Assembly (NCBI RefSeq): GCF_001194135.2
Contig: NC_068982.1
Coordinates: forward strand, 46,788,342-46,852,058
Reading direction: 5' to 3'
Length of the DNA: 63,717 bases
Source of the DNA: Octopus bimaculoides
Taxonomy: Eukaryota
A program made the position numbers and the translations under genes. The notes beneath the pieces were generated by a model, which saw only the letters and a list, made by a program, of their open reading frames with translations, was not told the DNA's origin and did no database searches. Positions 36,808-50,522 of this stretch are shown here, piece after piece. Numbering within the stretch: the first letter of the stretch is position 1; every line of letters begins with the position of its first letter.

Positions 36808-37490
36808 GGCACATGACTTGGTGGTTAGAGTGTCAGGCTCACAACCATGAGGTAGTGAGTTCAATTCCCGGACTGGGATGTGTGTTGTGTGCTTGAGCAA
36901 GACACTTTATTTCAAGTTACTGCAGTTCACTCTGCTACAGAAATGAGTTGCAACATCACTGCATCACTGGTTCCAAACTGTATCAGCCTTTGCCTTTCCC
37001 TTGGATAACATTGGTGGCATGGAGAGAGGAGGTAGGTAGGCATGGGTGACTACTGGTCTTTCATAACCAAGCTTGCCTGGACTTGTGCTTCGGAGGGGAA
37101 CTTTCTAGGTACAATCCCATGGTCATTCATGACCGAACAGGGTCTTTACCCATATATACATATATATACACACACACACACACACATATATACATGAGGT
37201 TGTGATATCGATTCCCAGACCAGGCTGTGAGTTGTGTTCTTCAGCAAGACACTTTATTTCACATCGCTCCAGTTCATTTAGTTGTAGAAATGAGTAGCGA
37301 TGTCACTGGTGCCATGCTGTAATTGCCCTTTGCCTTTCCCTTAGATAACATTGATGGTGAGGAGAGGGGAAGCAAGTATGCATGGGTAACTACCAGTCTT
37401 CCATAAACAACCTTGCCCAAACTTGTGCCTCAGAGGGGAGCTCTCTAGGGGCAATACCATGGTCATTCATGACCAAACGGGGTCTTTACC
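36808..37490 (+). mobile_element. Two tandem family-C tRNA-derived SINEs
   Basis: First copy has A-box-like TGACTTGGTGGTTAG and B-box-like GAGTTCAATTCCC; the second starts after a (CA/TA)n spacer. Confidence 0.85.
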
Positions 37491-37824
37491 TTTTACCTTT
37501 AGATTAAGAAATTTGTGTTGTTGACTCTCACCTTGATATCATAACTAATTCATTACAAGCATTTACTTTTATTATAATATTTATAAAATTCTCACTTTTG
37601 CCATGCTAACCTTCACCTTACTGCTAATGATTAGTATTATGCTGGGTGTTGTAACTAGATTATTTGAAATTGTATTTCTTCTCATCAAAGATGTCTAGCC
37701 ATGCAAGACTGACATTAATTGTTCATTCCTATGTTATGTAATACATCACGGCTTTTAGTTTAAGAAAAACATTACCAGACAGCTTTCTTGTTATATTTCT
37801 CTTCTCAAGAATTTAATAGCTATG

Positions 37825-37885
37825 TATTTCATATTTTCATTAGCATTTCATATTTTCATTAGCATTTCATATTTTCATTAGCATT
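37825..37885. repeat. 19-bp tandem repeat, 3 copies
   Basis: ATTTCATATTTTCATTAGC repeated. Confidence 0.85.
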
Positions 37886-38641
37886 TTTTAAAAGATTACA
37901 GATAGACTGTCATCTCTTAAGACTGTGTATTATACACAGTATTGATATTTTGAAAAAGGTATTGAGCATATTAGTGTTTAGTCTTACGAGATAATATTCT
38001 ATTCTACTCTAGGCACAAGTCCCGAAATTTTGGGGGAGGGGGCCAGTCGATTAGATCAACCCCAGTATGCAACTGGTACTTAATTTATCGACTCCGAAAG
38101 GATGTAAAGCAAAGTCGACCTTGGCAGAGATTGAACTCAGAACATAAAGACAGATGAAATACCACTAAGCATTTTGCCCGGCGTGCTAACGTTTCTGCCA
38201 ACTCACCGCCTTCTTAGTAAATAATATTACATATAACCTGTTTCTGTCTTTGTCTATCTGTCACATGCTAATCTTTCATCATCTGATACAAGATCACTTC
38301 CTATAATGCCTCCTTACCTGTTCCTGTCAAAATCCTTTGTCTTCTAAGTTATTAGTGACTCTGCCAGTGCTGGTGTCATGTAAAAACACCCAGTCCATAC
38401 TGTGAAGTAGTTGGTGTTTGGATGGCCATCCAGCTATAAAAAAAACTGCCAAAACTGAGCTCACCTGTGCTGGTGCCATGTAAAAAAACATTCAGTCCAC
38501 TCTACAGGAGGGTTGGTGTTAGGAAGGGCTTCCAGCCATAAAAACTGTACCAAAACAGATATAGAAGTCTGCTACAGTCTTCTACCTGGCCAGCTCCTGT
38601 CATACGATTCAATCCATGCTAGCATGGAAGACAGACTTTAA

Positions 38642-38688
<47 letters not shown>

Positions 38689-38703
38689 AAAGTAAGGCCA
38701 GTT

Positions 38704-38769
38704 AGATAGTACAACTTGATAGTACAACTTGATAGTACAACTTGATAGTACAACTAGGTAGTACAACTT
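38704..38769. repeat. 13-bp tandem repeat, 5 copies
   Basis: GATAGTACAACTT repeated. Confidence 0.85.
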
Positions 38770-39429
38770 AATACAGCTAATATTGGTTTCAAATTTTGAC
38801 ACAGCAAATTCGAGGTAGGATGTATGTCAATTACATTGCTACCACTGCTCAACTGGTACTTATTTTATTGACTCTGAAAAGATGAAAAACAAAGTCGACC
38901 TCAACAGAATCTGAACTAAGAATGTAAAGATGTAAAGATGGATGAAATGCTGCTAAGCATTTCACCTGGCATGCTAATGATTCTGCTAGCTCGCTGCCTT
39001 TGATGCATCTAATATTAATAAAATAATCAATAAACTAGATAATTAATTAAGTAGTTACAATTCTACCAAAGCAAACTCTCACTTAACAGAATAGAACAGC
39101 AATGGTAAAAGTCCTTGGCAGGATGATATTGAAGCCAGATCTATATCTGTTAAGAATTGCAAGAATAATTTGCTCCTGAATTTAAAAGCACTCATACATT
39201 GACATATATTGAAATAGACTTTTAGACATAGTTCTGTGACATGCAATACAAAAGAAATACATTTATGCATGATGTCAAAAATATTGAGTTATGCAAGTGA
39301 ATAATCATAAATACTAAAAAAAAACAAGTGAACTACAACCCAACGAAACTAAAACATAATATCTGTAGTAGATGACAACAATAAAATTGGAGAGCAGCTA
39401 GGCCTCAGTTAGTGCATCTAGGTTATCAG

Positions 39430-40030
39430 CAGCTAAAGATTTGTAGTTCATTAATAGAGCTTACCTTTTTTTATCAACAATATGATAGGTCATTGCAGGT
39501 TGGTGAAGTATGTGCAATTTCTTATGGTAGCAGAGTTGGCAATTACAAGCTCCAGGCCAGTAAGAAGGGATCCTGTCAAGCACATCCCTTGTGATGTTGG
39601 GAGAATTGTTATAATGGACTCAGTCTCCAGGTAAAGTAGAACAAGGAAGTAGGATTTTCCTGTTTCTAGACCGGAAGGAATACATGTGTTGCAAGTAACT
39701 TCTTTTAAAGTTATCGGTTGTCATGCCCTTATAGCATCTTGTGATGTCATCAGATGCTGCAAAGATGGCTTTATAGGCTACAGCCCTTGAGAGGCAGGAT
39801 CCTCCAAGTGAGCAGTTGGTAGGATTTCAGAAGTTACAGATTAGAGCATCAAGTGAAGTCTGAACAGGTACATATTATGTCTGTTATGATGTACAGCATT
39901 GGAAGTGATATTATCTAAATATGAGTAGCTAACTTTGATGTTATAGGAATTAAAGAGTTTATGATATCTCTGGATTCTTGGTAAATACTTATTAATTAAT
40001 GCCAGGAGGCTCCTACCTGTATTAGTTCAT
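39430..40030 (-). mobile_element. Penelope-like element C-terminal fragment (RT thumb plus GIY-YIG endonuclease)
   Basis: TNTGRSLLALINKYLP..YHKLFNSYNIKVSYS, CSLGGSCLSRAVAYKA..YKGMTTDNFKRSYLQHMYSF and SYWPGACNCQLC. Confidence 0.85.
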
Positions 40031-41949
40031 GATGAGGAGGAAGTGGAGACGGAAGAGGAATATTAAGAGGAAGAATAGGAGGACCACATCCATCCATCCA
40101 CCCACCCATCCATACATATATGCATAAATACATACATACATACATGCATGCATACATACACACACAGGCAAGTATCTTCTATAATAGCTTTACACCAACC
40201 AAGTGGATTTGGTAGACAGAAGGTAAAACAAGTCTGTAGTGTGTGTGTGTGTGTGTGTCTGTGTGTGTCTATCTGTCAGTGTGTGTGCACGCACGTGTGT
40301 GTGCGTGCATGTATTTGTACCTCCTTGTCTTTATATCACAGGATAGTTATAAACAAGCGTCATCTTCATAAAACTGGTGTCTTCCATTTCCAGTGTTCCG
40401 TGGAAACATGTCTAGTCATGGGGAAAATATTACCTTTCTGGGAAACGGCAGAGGGTTGGCAACAATAAGAGTATTTGGGTGTATAAAATCTACCTCAATA
40501 AATTTCATCTGACCCACACAAGTACAGAAAAGTGGAAACTAAAACAATGTTGATGAAGGTGATGATGATAATGCTGCTGCAACTGCTACTACTGCTGCAG
40601 CTGCTGTTGATGATGATGATGATGATGAATATAACAGTAATATATATGTATGCATGTGTATTATGTACATTCAAATGGGTGCGCATGTATGTATGTATGT
40701 ATGCATGTCTTCATCTCTTTATTTTCACAGGAAAAAACTAAAAGACGAAAAATAATTTTCCTGAAATACTAGCTCTTGTTTCCTGCTTCTGTTTTTATTC
40801 TTTGTATACTTTTTTGTTTTTGTTTTTTCATCATTCGAAATATACATCATTCTAAATATTCCGTGATATAATTATTTCACCCCGAATCATTTAAAGTTTT
40901 AGATTCAATGATTTTTACAAATTTTAATATTTTCATGTCCAACATTATTATTTTTTAATATAATACCCATTTATTACATTTTATATCTCTTTTACAATTA
41001 CATATTCACTCTCAAAATTACAGGTCTTTTTTTTTTAACGTTCTTCACATTCTCAATAATTTCATATATATATCGTCTGAAACTGAATGTTTCCTTCAAA
41101 TTGTTTTCAAGTTATCAATACATATTATTCAATATCTATTTTATTATTGTTTGATTTCTACATTTTTCCATTTCTATTCTTGCAATCTACAAATTTGTTT
41201 GAAAATTTTTTCGTTTAAAGTTCTCCACATTTTTTCATTCATTTAAACCCCAACACTTGTTTATGGTGTGTTCACTAAATATACACACAGACTTATACAC
41301 ACACACACACAAACAGAGGCACATACTCAGAAATATATACACCATTCTGTAGATATATTACCAGAATATGCAGCATTATTTCCCATGCTGAAACACAGCT
41401 ATAAATTATTCTTAATGAGGAATTGCTCTTAATGAGAGTGTATTCAGTCTGATGTAACACTGTTCTTGAGAAGAAGTTATCCTTCTTATAAGAAATGCAG
41501 TTGTTATCAAGTGCATTTTCAGCACCTGACTGTCTAATGCACTCAATATTAACAGCAAATTGCATAATATGCACTCAATATTAACAGTACATTTTGTGAT
41601 TTAATTGTGTAAACAATATATTCGTAATTCAAGTAGATTAAGTAAGATCATTGGATTAAATAAATTTGAATGCATTTTAAATTTCATTTGAAATTATTAT
41701 TGAACATAAATTCATTATCTTGTGTTCTTGTTATTTCATAATTCTTAAAATAATTTGAACAATGAGTACAAACTGGAGTTTCAGGAAGAATACCCTTCAT
41801 GGAACTACCATCCAGAAACTGGAATGCCTAGAGAAAATCCACACATTCAAATAAGGAGACTGCAATAAATACAATGAAGAAGAAACAGCATGAAGAGTTG
41901 TGAAGACACTCAGCTTATATGATATTAGAGCTGTACCCAATATATACGA

Positions 41950-42235
41950 AGGTGCATGACTCAGCGGTAAGAGTGTCAGGCTCATAATCATGAGGTAGTG
42001 AGTTCAATTCTCAGACTGGGCTGTGTGTTGTGTTCTTGAGCAAGACACTTTATTTCATGTTGCTCCAGTTCACTCAGCTGTTACAATGAGTTACGATGTC
42101 ACTGGTGCCAAGCTGTACCAAGGAAGAAAGGCAAAGTCACCCTCAGCAGAATTTGAACTCAGAACATAAAGATGGACGAAAGCCACTAAGCATTTTGCCT
42201 GGCATAGTAACAATTCTGCCAGCTTGTCACCTCAT
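41950..42235. mobile_element. Family-C SINE 5' half (+) fused to a family-A SINE 5' half (-)
   Basis: Family-C head runs to about 42120, then the reverse-complement family-A head. Confidence 0.7.
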
Positions 42236-42437
42236 CAGAAACCCACATTATTGATGAAGAATTATTCTTACTGGAACTGAGTAACTTCACTGCCCCTGCT
42301 TTGCCGTGTTGGAACAAATATAGTATTGTCAGATCCCTTGGTGATATATTTCCAGACATATTTGAGGGACTTTATTGAGATGTAAAAACCAAAACTGAAG
42401 AATTGAACATCATTATCATAAACATTATCATCTTCAT

Positions 42438-42989
42438 TTAACTCTTTAGCATTCAGATCTCTCAGTCAAATGTAATATCTATTTATTCAAATTATTTTGA
42501 ATTAATCATGCATTATCTTCTGGCTTTGAGATCTCAATTATGTGATTGCTCATTTCCAAAATGACAACATAGGACAGGAGTGCGAAACTGGATTTGGCTG
42601 GTTTAACCCTTTAGTATTCAGATTACTCTGTCAAATATAATGCTTATGTATTCACATTGTTTTCAATTCATCATCTTGTAGCTTTGAGATCACAATTATG
42701 CGATTGCTTATTTCCAAAATGACAATGCAGGATAGATGTGAGAGACTGGATTTGGCTGGTTTAACCCTTTAACATTTAGATATTACTCTGTTAAATGTAA
42801 TGCTTATTTATTTACATTGTTATGAATTACTTATGCATTATGTTGTAGCCACAAGATTTCAATGATGTCATTGTTCATTTTTAAAATGACATTGTAGGAT
42901 AGGTGTGAGAGACTGATCTGGGCAATTTGAACATAAAACAGAGAGAATGTTTGGGCCCAATATGATTGGTTTTAATGCTAAAGGGTTAA
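42438..42989 (+). mobile_element. piggyBac-type MITE with a triplicated left portion
   Basis: TTAAC(C/T)CTTTA starts at 42438, 42603 and 42761; single right end AATGCTAAAGGG|TTAA at 42989. Confidence 0.8.
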
Positions 42990-44289
42990 CATCCCTTTTT
43001 TCCATGCTGGCATGGATTGAAGAGTTTGACATGAACCAAGCTCCAATGTCTGCTTTGACATGTGATATGATCTCTACAGCTGGATGCTCTTCCTAATCCC
43101 AACTGCTTTGCAGAGTGTACTGTGTGCTTTTTTTTACATGGCACCAGCATTGATACAGTCACCAAGTACCAACAAGACAAGATCCCGCAGCTGAGTGGGG
43201 TATAGTATTGAGGGATATCAAAGTACGATAGAAGGGGCAAGAGTAAGTGTCTTGCTGAAGAGGTGAGTACATGGATTCACTATCAGGAATGATAGAATGA
43301 GATGTGAGATCAGGGAACAAGGTGAGTATGAAAGAGAAATAGGATAGAAGAACAAGGAAGGTGGGTGGGTAGGTAAGTGTACACTGAGTGTCTCAATCAG
43401 GCATTGGTAGAAGACAACTGTCTATCTTTTCTATAATTTAATTTGTTACAGATAGTCTGAATAACTGCAACTGTTCCTTTTCATTTCTCTCAAAGGTTCA
43501 GGAGTGAAGAGGAATTTTCAAGATACAAATTTTTAGATATGGACACGCACACACACACACACACACGCGAGTGCACATACACACACACACACACACGTGC
43601 ACATACACACACACGTGCACACACACACACGTGCACACACACANNNNNNNNNNNNNNNNNNNNNNNNNNNNNNNNNNNNNNNNNNNNNNNNNNNNNNNNN
43701 NNNNNNNNNNNNNNNNNNNNNNNNNNNNNNNNNNNNNNNNNNNNNNNNNNNNNNNNNNNNNNNNNNNNNNNNNNNNNNNNNNNNNNNNNNNNNNNNNNNN
43801 NNNNNNNNNNNNNNNNNNNNNNNNNNNNNNNNNNNNNNNNNNNNNNNNNNNNNNNNNNNNNNNNNNNNNNNNNNNNNNNNNNNNNNNNNNNNNNNNNNNN
43901 NNNNNNNNNNNNNNNNNNNNNNNNNNNNNNNNNNNNNNNNNNNNNNNNNNNNNNNNNNNNNNNNNNNNNNNNNNNNNNNNNNNNNNNNNNNNNNNNNNNN
44001 NNNNNNNNNNNNNNNNNNNNNNNNNNNNNNNNNNNNNNNNNNNNNNNATATATATATATATATATATATACATATATGTGTGTGTATGTATGTATATAAA
44101 TATGCATAAATATTTATATACTCACACACACAAATATATACATATACATGCGTGTGTGTGTGTGTGAGTATGTGGAAATGGTATGTATAGGTATGTTCTG
44201 ACAACAACAACAAAAAATATGTATTTCCACTGGCAAGGCAAAATACAAACAATCTATACATGATCAATAACTTTACATACACAAGACTT

Positions 44290-44580
44290 CTATGTGCAAT
44301 ATTTCAAAAGCTTATAAGGAAACAAACCCAAATACACCCAACTTAATTAACAAAGAACTGAAAAACTTAGCCTCTGCCCTGAAGATAGATGACAAAGTAG
44401 AATGGGTGGCATTTAGTCAAACTTATATTACATTGCTGAACTACAAACCAACTTCTTTGAAGAACCGCAAGCTAACTTCATAGCAGAACCTAAATATTGA
44501 CATATTAACTCTGCTGAAACTGATTTAGTTAAGATTACTAATAAATAGTTTAGATCCAAACAAAACTACCATTAAGCAAG
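44290..44580 (+). mobile_element. Penelope-like RT N-terminal fragment
   Basis: NISKAYKETNPN..INKELKNLASALKIDDKVEWVAFSQTYITLLNYKP and INSAETDLVKI resemble the N-terminal RT region of the PLE family seen at 20921-21380. Confidence 0.7.
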
Positions 44581-44781
44581 CCACAAACCTTCTATTCAAG
44601 AAAAAGTGGCACTTCAGTCATTAATTGTTTCGCTAACATTAATTGTTTCGCACACTTATTGCAGTGGTCCTTCAGTTTTATATATACATAAAATTATAAT
44701 TTAGGGTATCCTAAGAGATACCCTAAATTGTAATTTTAAATGATTATTACCTTTGATGGTGTTTATATAAATATATAAACA

Positions 44782-45416
44782 TACATGAGGGACTGCTGAA
44801 AAGTTCTTAGTTTTGGGTAAAAGAAAATATAGGAGGATCAGTTAATTATGATTTTATTCAACATATTCCCATCAGATTCACACACTTATTGCAGTGATCC
44901 TTCAGTTTTTCTAAGCCCTGTAAAGAACTTGGAAGTTTGAGCCTCCAACCAGGCCTTTCACAATACCCTTGAAGCTAGGAACTTCTCAGCACCCCGTCGT
45001 ACTTGGAAAACATAACTATAAACGTACTGTGTAATACTGTGAGATTCTACCCTTCAATAACCAAGCCAGTCTTACAAAATGCGTTGATTTTTGGCAGCAG
45101 GTTCACCACCAATTAACAACATTGATACTAATGTGATCATGCACACAAGGAAATAATTTGTAGGTCAAACATAATGGTACAAAATTATTCAAGATCTACA
45201 AGGGGGTGCTAAAAAGCTCCTGGCTTTGGGTAAAAGAAAATACAGGAGGATCAGTTAATTATGATCTTATTCAACATATTCCCCTCTCAGGTTCACACAC
45301 TTATTGCAGTGGTACTTCAGTTTATCTAAGCCCTGTAAAGACCTCAAAATTTTGGGCCTCCAATCAGGCCTTTCACGATGCCCTTAAAGCCAGGAACTTT
45401 CCAGCACTCCCTTGTA
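44782..45416. mobile_element. Two copies of a ~220-bp Tc1/mariner-type MITE
   Basis: 44782-45001 and 45197-45416, with TA-flanked TIRs of the form TAC(A/G)AGGGGGTGCTGAAAAGTTCC...GGAACTTTTCAGCACCCC.TCGTA; partial copy at about 28372-28480. Confidence 0.75.
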
Positions 45417-46491
45417 CATGGAGTGCTTTAAAGGAGCAAAACTATGTAACTTAATAGGAACATTCTCTTATAGAACAAATATTTAACTAACTAGAACTAC
45501 TACTTTACAAAAATGGCAGATTAATCATATCCCATTATAAGAAGAAGCACCAACTAGACATTTAGAAAAGATTTTAACCTAAGGTTTACGTTAGTACTAC
45601 AATAGGCATAATTAATTTTTTAGAGAAAACATCAAACTTAAATTCAGATAAATACAGCTCATACAGAAAATGTAATAAGAACTTTGCTGTACAGCTACAA
45701 AAATTTCATTATTTTAAAAAGCTTGTCTAGCAATGCTAGTGGACAGACCTCAGGCATATCCTTCACTAAAGAATTCTGTAAATGTCCAAGGGAATATTAC
45801 AATATACTACGCAGAAACAAGTTTACAGAGAAAGAGAAAAAAAAACAGATTACTAACATAAACAGAACAAGTAAGATAATTGGTATAACACACCATTTGA
45901 CACCTTATGTGACAGTTCAAATATTGTCTGATCCTTCTTAAAATAGTCGCTTCTAAGAAATAAACTTTTCTATATAAACTGTATGTTCTACAATATCTTT
46001 AACAGAAGTATCGTCAAAATGATTCCGAATTCTTCTGAATTTTGCTGCATCTTTAAACCTGACATAAACAAATGCACAAACTTATCTACTATATTGCAAT
46101 TCTCTTGTTACTTACACTTGTCCACTTGATGGTAACTTCTTCAAGAAAGTTTAATGTGTTGAGTGAAGATCTCTATTGGAAACTGCAATAATGTAAAAAT
46201 AAACTACAAGTATAACTAAGATACCTTTTAAATTAAGATTTAAACAACACACTAGGCCCTTGAGATATGTACACAGAAGCAATACTACTTACTCTTTCTA
46301 AGTATTGCTGCAATCCAAAGAAAAAGGCTCTCAGGATCAGTTGGCCAACCATTGAAACTATAGATTCCATGGCTAATGAGAGGTATTTCACATCTAATCG
46401 TCCTTTACCATCAATCATTTACCATGTTGTCACACTTTTCAGTCCCTGACTCCTATTCTGTCTTTCATATTCCCTTTGTGCCTTGATCTCA

Positions 46492-46494
<3 letters not shown>

Positions 46495-46583
<89 letters not shown>
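46495..46583. repeat. (CT)n microsatellite
   Basis: Read directly. Confidence 0.95.
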
Positions 46584-46585
<2 letters not shown>

Positions 46586-47030
46586 ATGCTTTCCAGATAG
46601 GAAGCCATGTTTTCACCTCTTCAGCAAGACACATGCTCCTCTCCCTCTATCATACTTTCTTATTCCTCAGTACCATACCTCATTCAGTTGAGGGGTCTTG
46701 ACTTGTGAATACTTGGTGATCTCAACAGATCTGATACTATGCAAAGAAGCACTCAGCATACTTTTAAGGTAGCTGGTGCTAGGAAGGGCATGAAACTGTA
46801 GAAACCAAGCCAAAGCAGACTTTAGAGCTCAGTGCAACCCTTTAGCTCATCAGTTCATGACAAACTGTCCAATACATGCTAACATGGAAAAAAGAATGTT
46901 GAATGATGATGATGATGAGATACAGTTTCCAAAATAGAGACACATATGTCTATGTGTGTATGTTTGAATGTATGCATAATCATGTACGTGTGTATAATTG
47001 TGCATGCATATACAAGTGTATGTGTATTTG

Positions 47031-47063
<33 letters not shown>

Positions 47064-48701
47064 TACATGTCAGTGTGTCTCTGTGCATGTACATGGTAAT
47101 ATGTATGTGTGCACGTGCACTGTTGTGTCATGCAGTGTTTTCAAATATGGCCACATTCATATCTTAAGCTTTATGTTCAGACATTTTATTCAACAAGGGG
47201 ACTAAACTCTTACATCAACCTGGCAGCCACACTGTTTGTTATATTTGTTCTTGTATCAGTCATCAAATCACAATGTTCGTTAGTACAGTCTGGAATGGCA
47301 CTGAAAGCTCATGGTTGTGATTCTTTATTTTGCTCAGGATCAATATTTGTGTTGTTGTTTATTAGATATTATACCCTGTTCACCTTAAAGAGTCACAGCT
47401 GTATTTATTTCCTGCTTGAAATATGAATCTAGTTTGCATCAATATCAAACTAGAGCAGCACTTTCATAAGACAATGTTGTTGGTGATCGTATTTGCCTGC
47501 CTATTGAAGCAGACGGACTTAGAAGTCTTTCTGTGTAATGGATTGTCTGGTAACTCAAAAGCATGTGAATCAAATGCACATTAATGGAACCTTTACTTTG
47601 GTAAATACGCTTTTAAACCCACTTTTAACACTTGCGACCATTCTTTCAGCAATTCCATTTGATTTTAGATGATATGGAGACATTTCCATAATTTTACGTT
47701 TGATCTTATCAAGCAATGTACACAAGTCATTATTACGAAATTCATTTCAGACACTAATGTTTCTGAAACACTATTTCTGGCAAATACAGTTCTTAATACA
47801 GGCCTAACTGTTTTTACTCCTTTTATTCTTATCTTACTATTAATCCTGACCATCCAGAGGTATGCATCAACAAGTATTATGGAATTAAAAACAGTCTATT
47901 ATTCTAGACACAAGCATAATCCATAAACATATATAGCCATACTTCAATTTCTTTGGGGATGTGCACGTATTCTCTGAGATGGTTTCAATTTTATTCTAGT
48001 ACATATCAGACAGCTTACATATTCCATATATTCACAATAACTTGGCCACCATGCTTCTGATATATGCTTCTTATTGTAGGGATGCAAGCTCCAACCATGA
48101 AATAATCAGTTAGAGATCATGAGTATGCCGTTACAGTTTCACGTGATTGATCTATAAATCGATCAACCAGTAGTGAAGGTGTGGCATGATGAGGCTTCTT
48201 GGATGTTCTAAAATTTGCTCCCTTTTTATCTTACTGAAACAGTTTAGCACCCAACTCACCAAGCAGATTAGGTTGCACCAGAGACAGCTTTGAACACTCA
48301 CACACAATGTACTACAGCTAACCTTCAACAAGACATAATGTAGTTCTCTCCTCTCAACTGGCAGTTATATTATTTGGATTTTTCTTTTCTAAATGGCCAA
48401 CAGAGTAGATCATTTCTACCAAAAAAATACATTAAACGTTTGTGAGTTTGCTCCTTTTATAATACACACAGTTGGCTAGACCGCACAACAATGGTCTTCA
48501 CCAATTTCAACAGCCACCTCACAAAATTTTCATTGAACCACAATGCAAATCTCATGGCTGACTTTTATCATTAAATTTCTAAAGCAGTTTGATGGATTAA
48601 TTCTCCATTACTCAATATACCATCTTTCATCTGTGACTTAACTTTTAATAACTTAAAAGGCCTTTCAACAGTAGGACAATTGCTCCAGTTATTATTAATA
48701 T

Positions 48702-48918
48702 CTTAGGTAAGGCGGTGAGCTGGTAGAATCATTAGCATGTTGGGCAAAATGCTTAGTGACATTTCATCCATCTTGACATTCTGAGTTCAAATTCCGCCAA
48801 GTTGGACTTTGCTTTTCATGCTCTCAGGGTCAATAAAATAAGTACCAGTCATGCACTGGGATTGATGTAATCAATTAGCACCCCCCCCCTCTCCAAAATG
48901 TCAGGCTTTGTGCCTAGG
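48702..48918 (+). mobile_element. Family-A SINE inserted in the Gypsy remnant, with an 11-bp TSD
   Basis: ATTATTAATAT at 48691-48701 and 48919-48929. Confidence 0.85.
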
Positions 48919-49205
48919 ATTATTAATATATTCGATGAAATATGACTAGCAGTCTCCAACTTTATATTTTCACTTTTTCTAAGATCAGTTTCTCAAAAAG
49001 CGTTGAAAGAATCATCCACCTATCCATTCATCCATCTTCTCTACCCATGATTCCTAGGAGGGTCTTGGAACCAGAGTCCTCAGGCACCTCATCCTAGAGT
49101 CCTGTCGGAAGCAACCATCATTACACTTCCAACTGAGATTACTGATATTATCCAATCATCTCATTCTTGGTTTTGGTCAACCTTTAGGTCTCCAAACCAA
49201 TATTA

Positions 49206-49572
49206 TTATTACCTCCACTTTAGCGAAGGTAGAGGTATTGTTTTCAGTCATGTTTGTTTGTTTGTCTGTGGACAAGATATCTCAAGAACTGCCAGATGGA
49301 TTCGGATGAAACTTTCAGAGATGTTTGGCCTCATGACTGGCACAAACTAATTAGATTTTGGGATCAATCCAGTACCGGACAAGGATTCTGGATTATTTTC
49401 CTTTTTTTTTTTACTTAATTTTTGAGAGCAGTCAGGTTCATTTTTACTATTCTTGTTTGTGAGAGCAGTCGAGTTTATTTCAGACATTCCCATTTTAAAA
49501 ATCATCTCCGGCTAATTGTTGAGAGGACAGTGTTGCTTTGGCAGAGGTTTGAACTCACTGAGTGCTCTTGTT
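49206..49572 (+). mobile_element. Second HINE-like element, inside the Gypsy remnant
   Basis: Homologous along its length to 34732-35102; 3' hairpin ACTCACTGAGT. Confidence 0.7.
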
Positions 49573-50522
49573 ATTAATAAATTCGATCATGGATTACACA
49601 TTGACACGTAGTATTTGAGATACCTTTACATATAATATTTCATAATCCAATGCAACCATTTCTGAGGTCTGTTTTTAAATACATACACATGTTGCTTTTG
49701 GCAATCTAAATATGTTACACAAAATAAATTTAGTGGCCTAAGGTCTGAGACCAAGTTAAATTTTCAGCCAAGTAGAAAATAGCTGTCCTCTTCATCAAGG
49801 CTTTCCTTTCAATGGTTTAATATCTTGTTTCAGTCGTTTTTAATACTCTAGACGAATATAACACATGATTGCTGACACATGGAAGTAGTTGCAATGTAGC
49901 CCTTTCACATGCATCAGTTATTAAGGTAGTTTCATTTACAACACCATAAATCTGGACCCTTGATTTTGATGCTAATATCAGCATTATACGCCCAACGCCT
50001 TTTATTGTTCAGCTTCCCATGAAAATAGATATCACATTTATGAAGTGATGCAAGCAGCGATATATGGGGTCAATAAGAATCAATAAGTCTTCCACCACAG
50101 AAATTAACAGGTCTGAAAAACGATTCTGTTTGCTTCTTATTCTTTGGTGGATTTACATCTGAAATTCTCATTACTAAACGATAATCTTGAGATCTCCCTT
50201 TCTTTTGTTGGTCTATATCCCACAAAAGCCAATTCATCAAATTCTAACACAGGTTTAGCTCGATTAGTCATCATGCCTGATAATTTCAACATTTTGTTAT
50301 ATCTACCATGAGACACAGATTTTCAACAGGATTAATACTATGCAGTGTGTCTGTGTGTGTGTCTGTGTCTGTGCACGTATGCATGTGCATGTAAGTGTGT
50401 ATGTGTGCATATACATACACACACATTCATATATACATAACAGACACACATACACACACACATATTTGAGTGAGTGAAGAAACAAAAGGAGGGCACTCAA
50501 CACATTTATTGAGAGTACCATG

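Larger units (their letters stand above)
47250..50330 (-). mobile_element. Heavily decayed Gypsy LTR-retrotransposon pol (RT end, RNase H, integrase) with nested insertions
   Basis: Minus-strand motifs in Gypsy order: ISDVNPPKNKKQTESFF..VNF, TTLITDAC..LYSSRVLKTTETRY*TIERKAL, LDYEILYVK, WWPSYC..VSCLIC, ILVDAY..VLRTVFARNSVSETLVSE, SPYHLKSNGIAERMV. No LTRs recognised. Confidence 0.85.
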
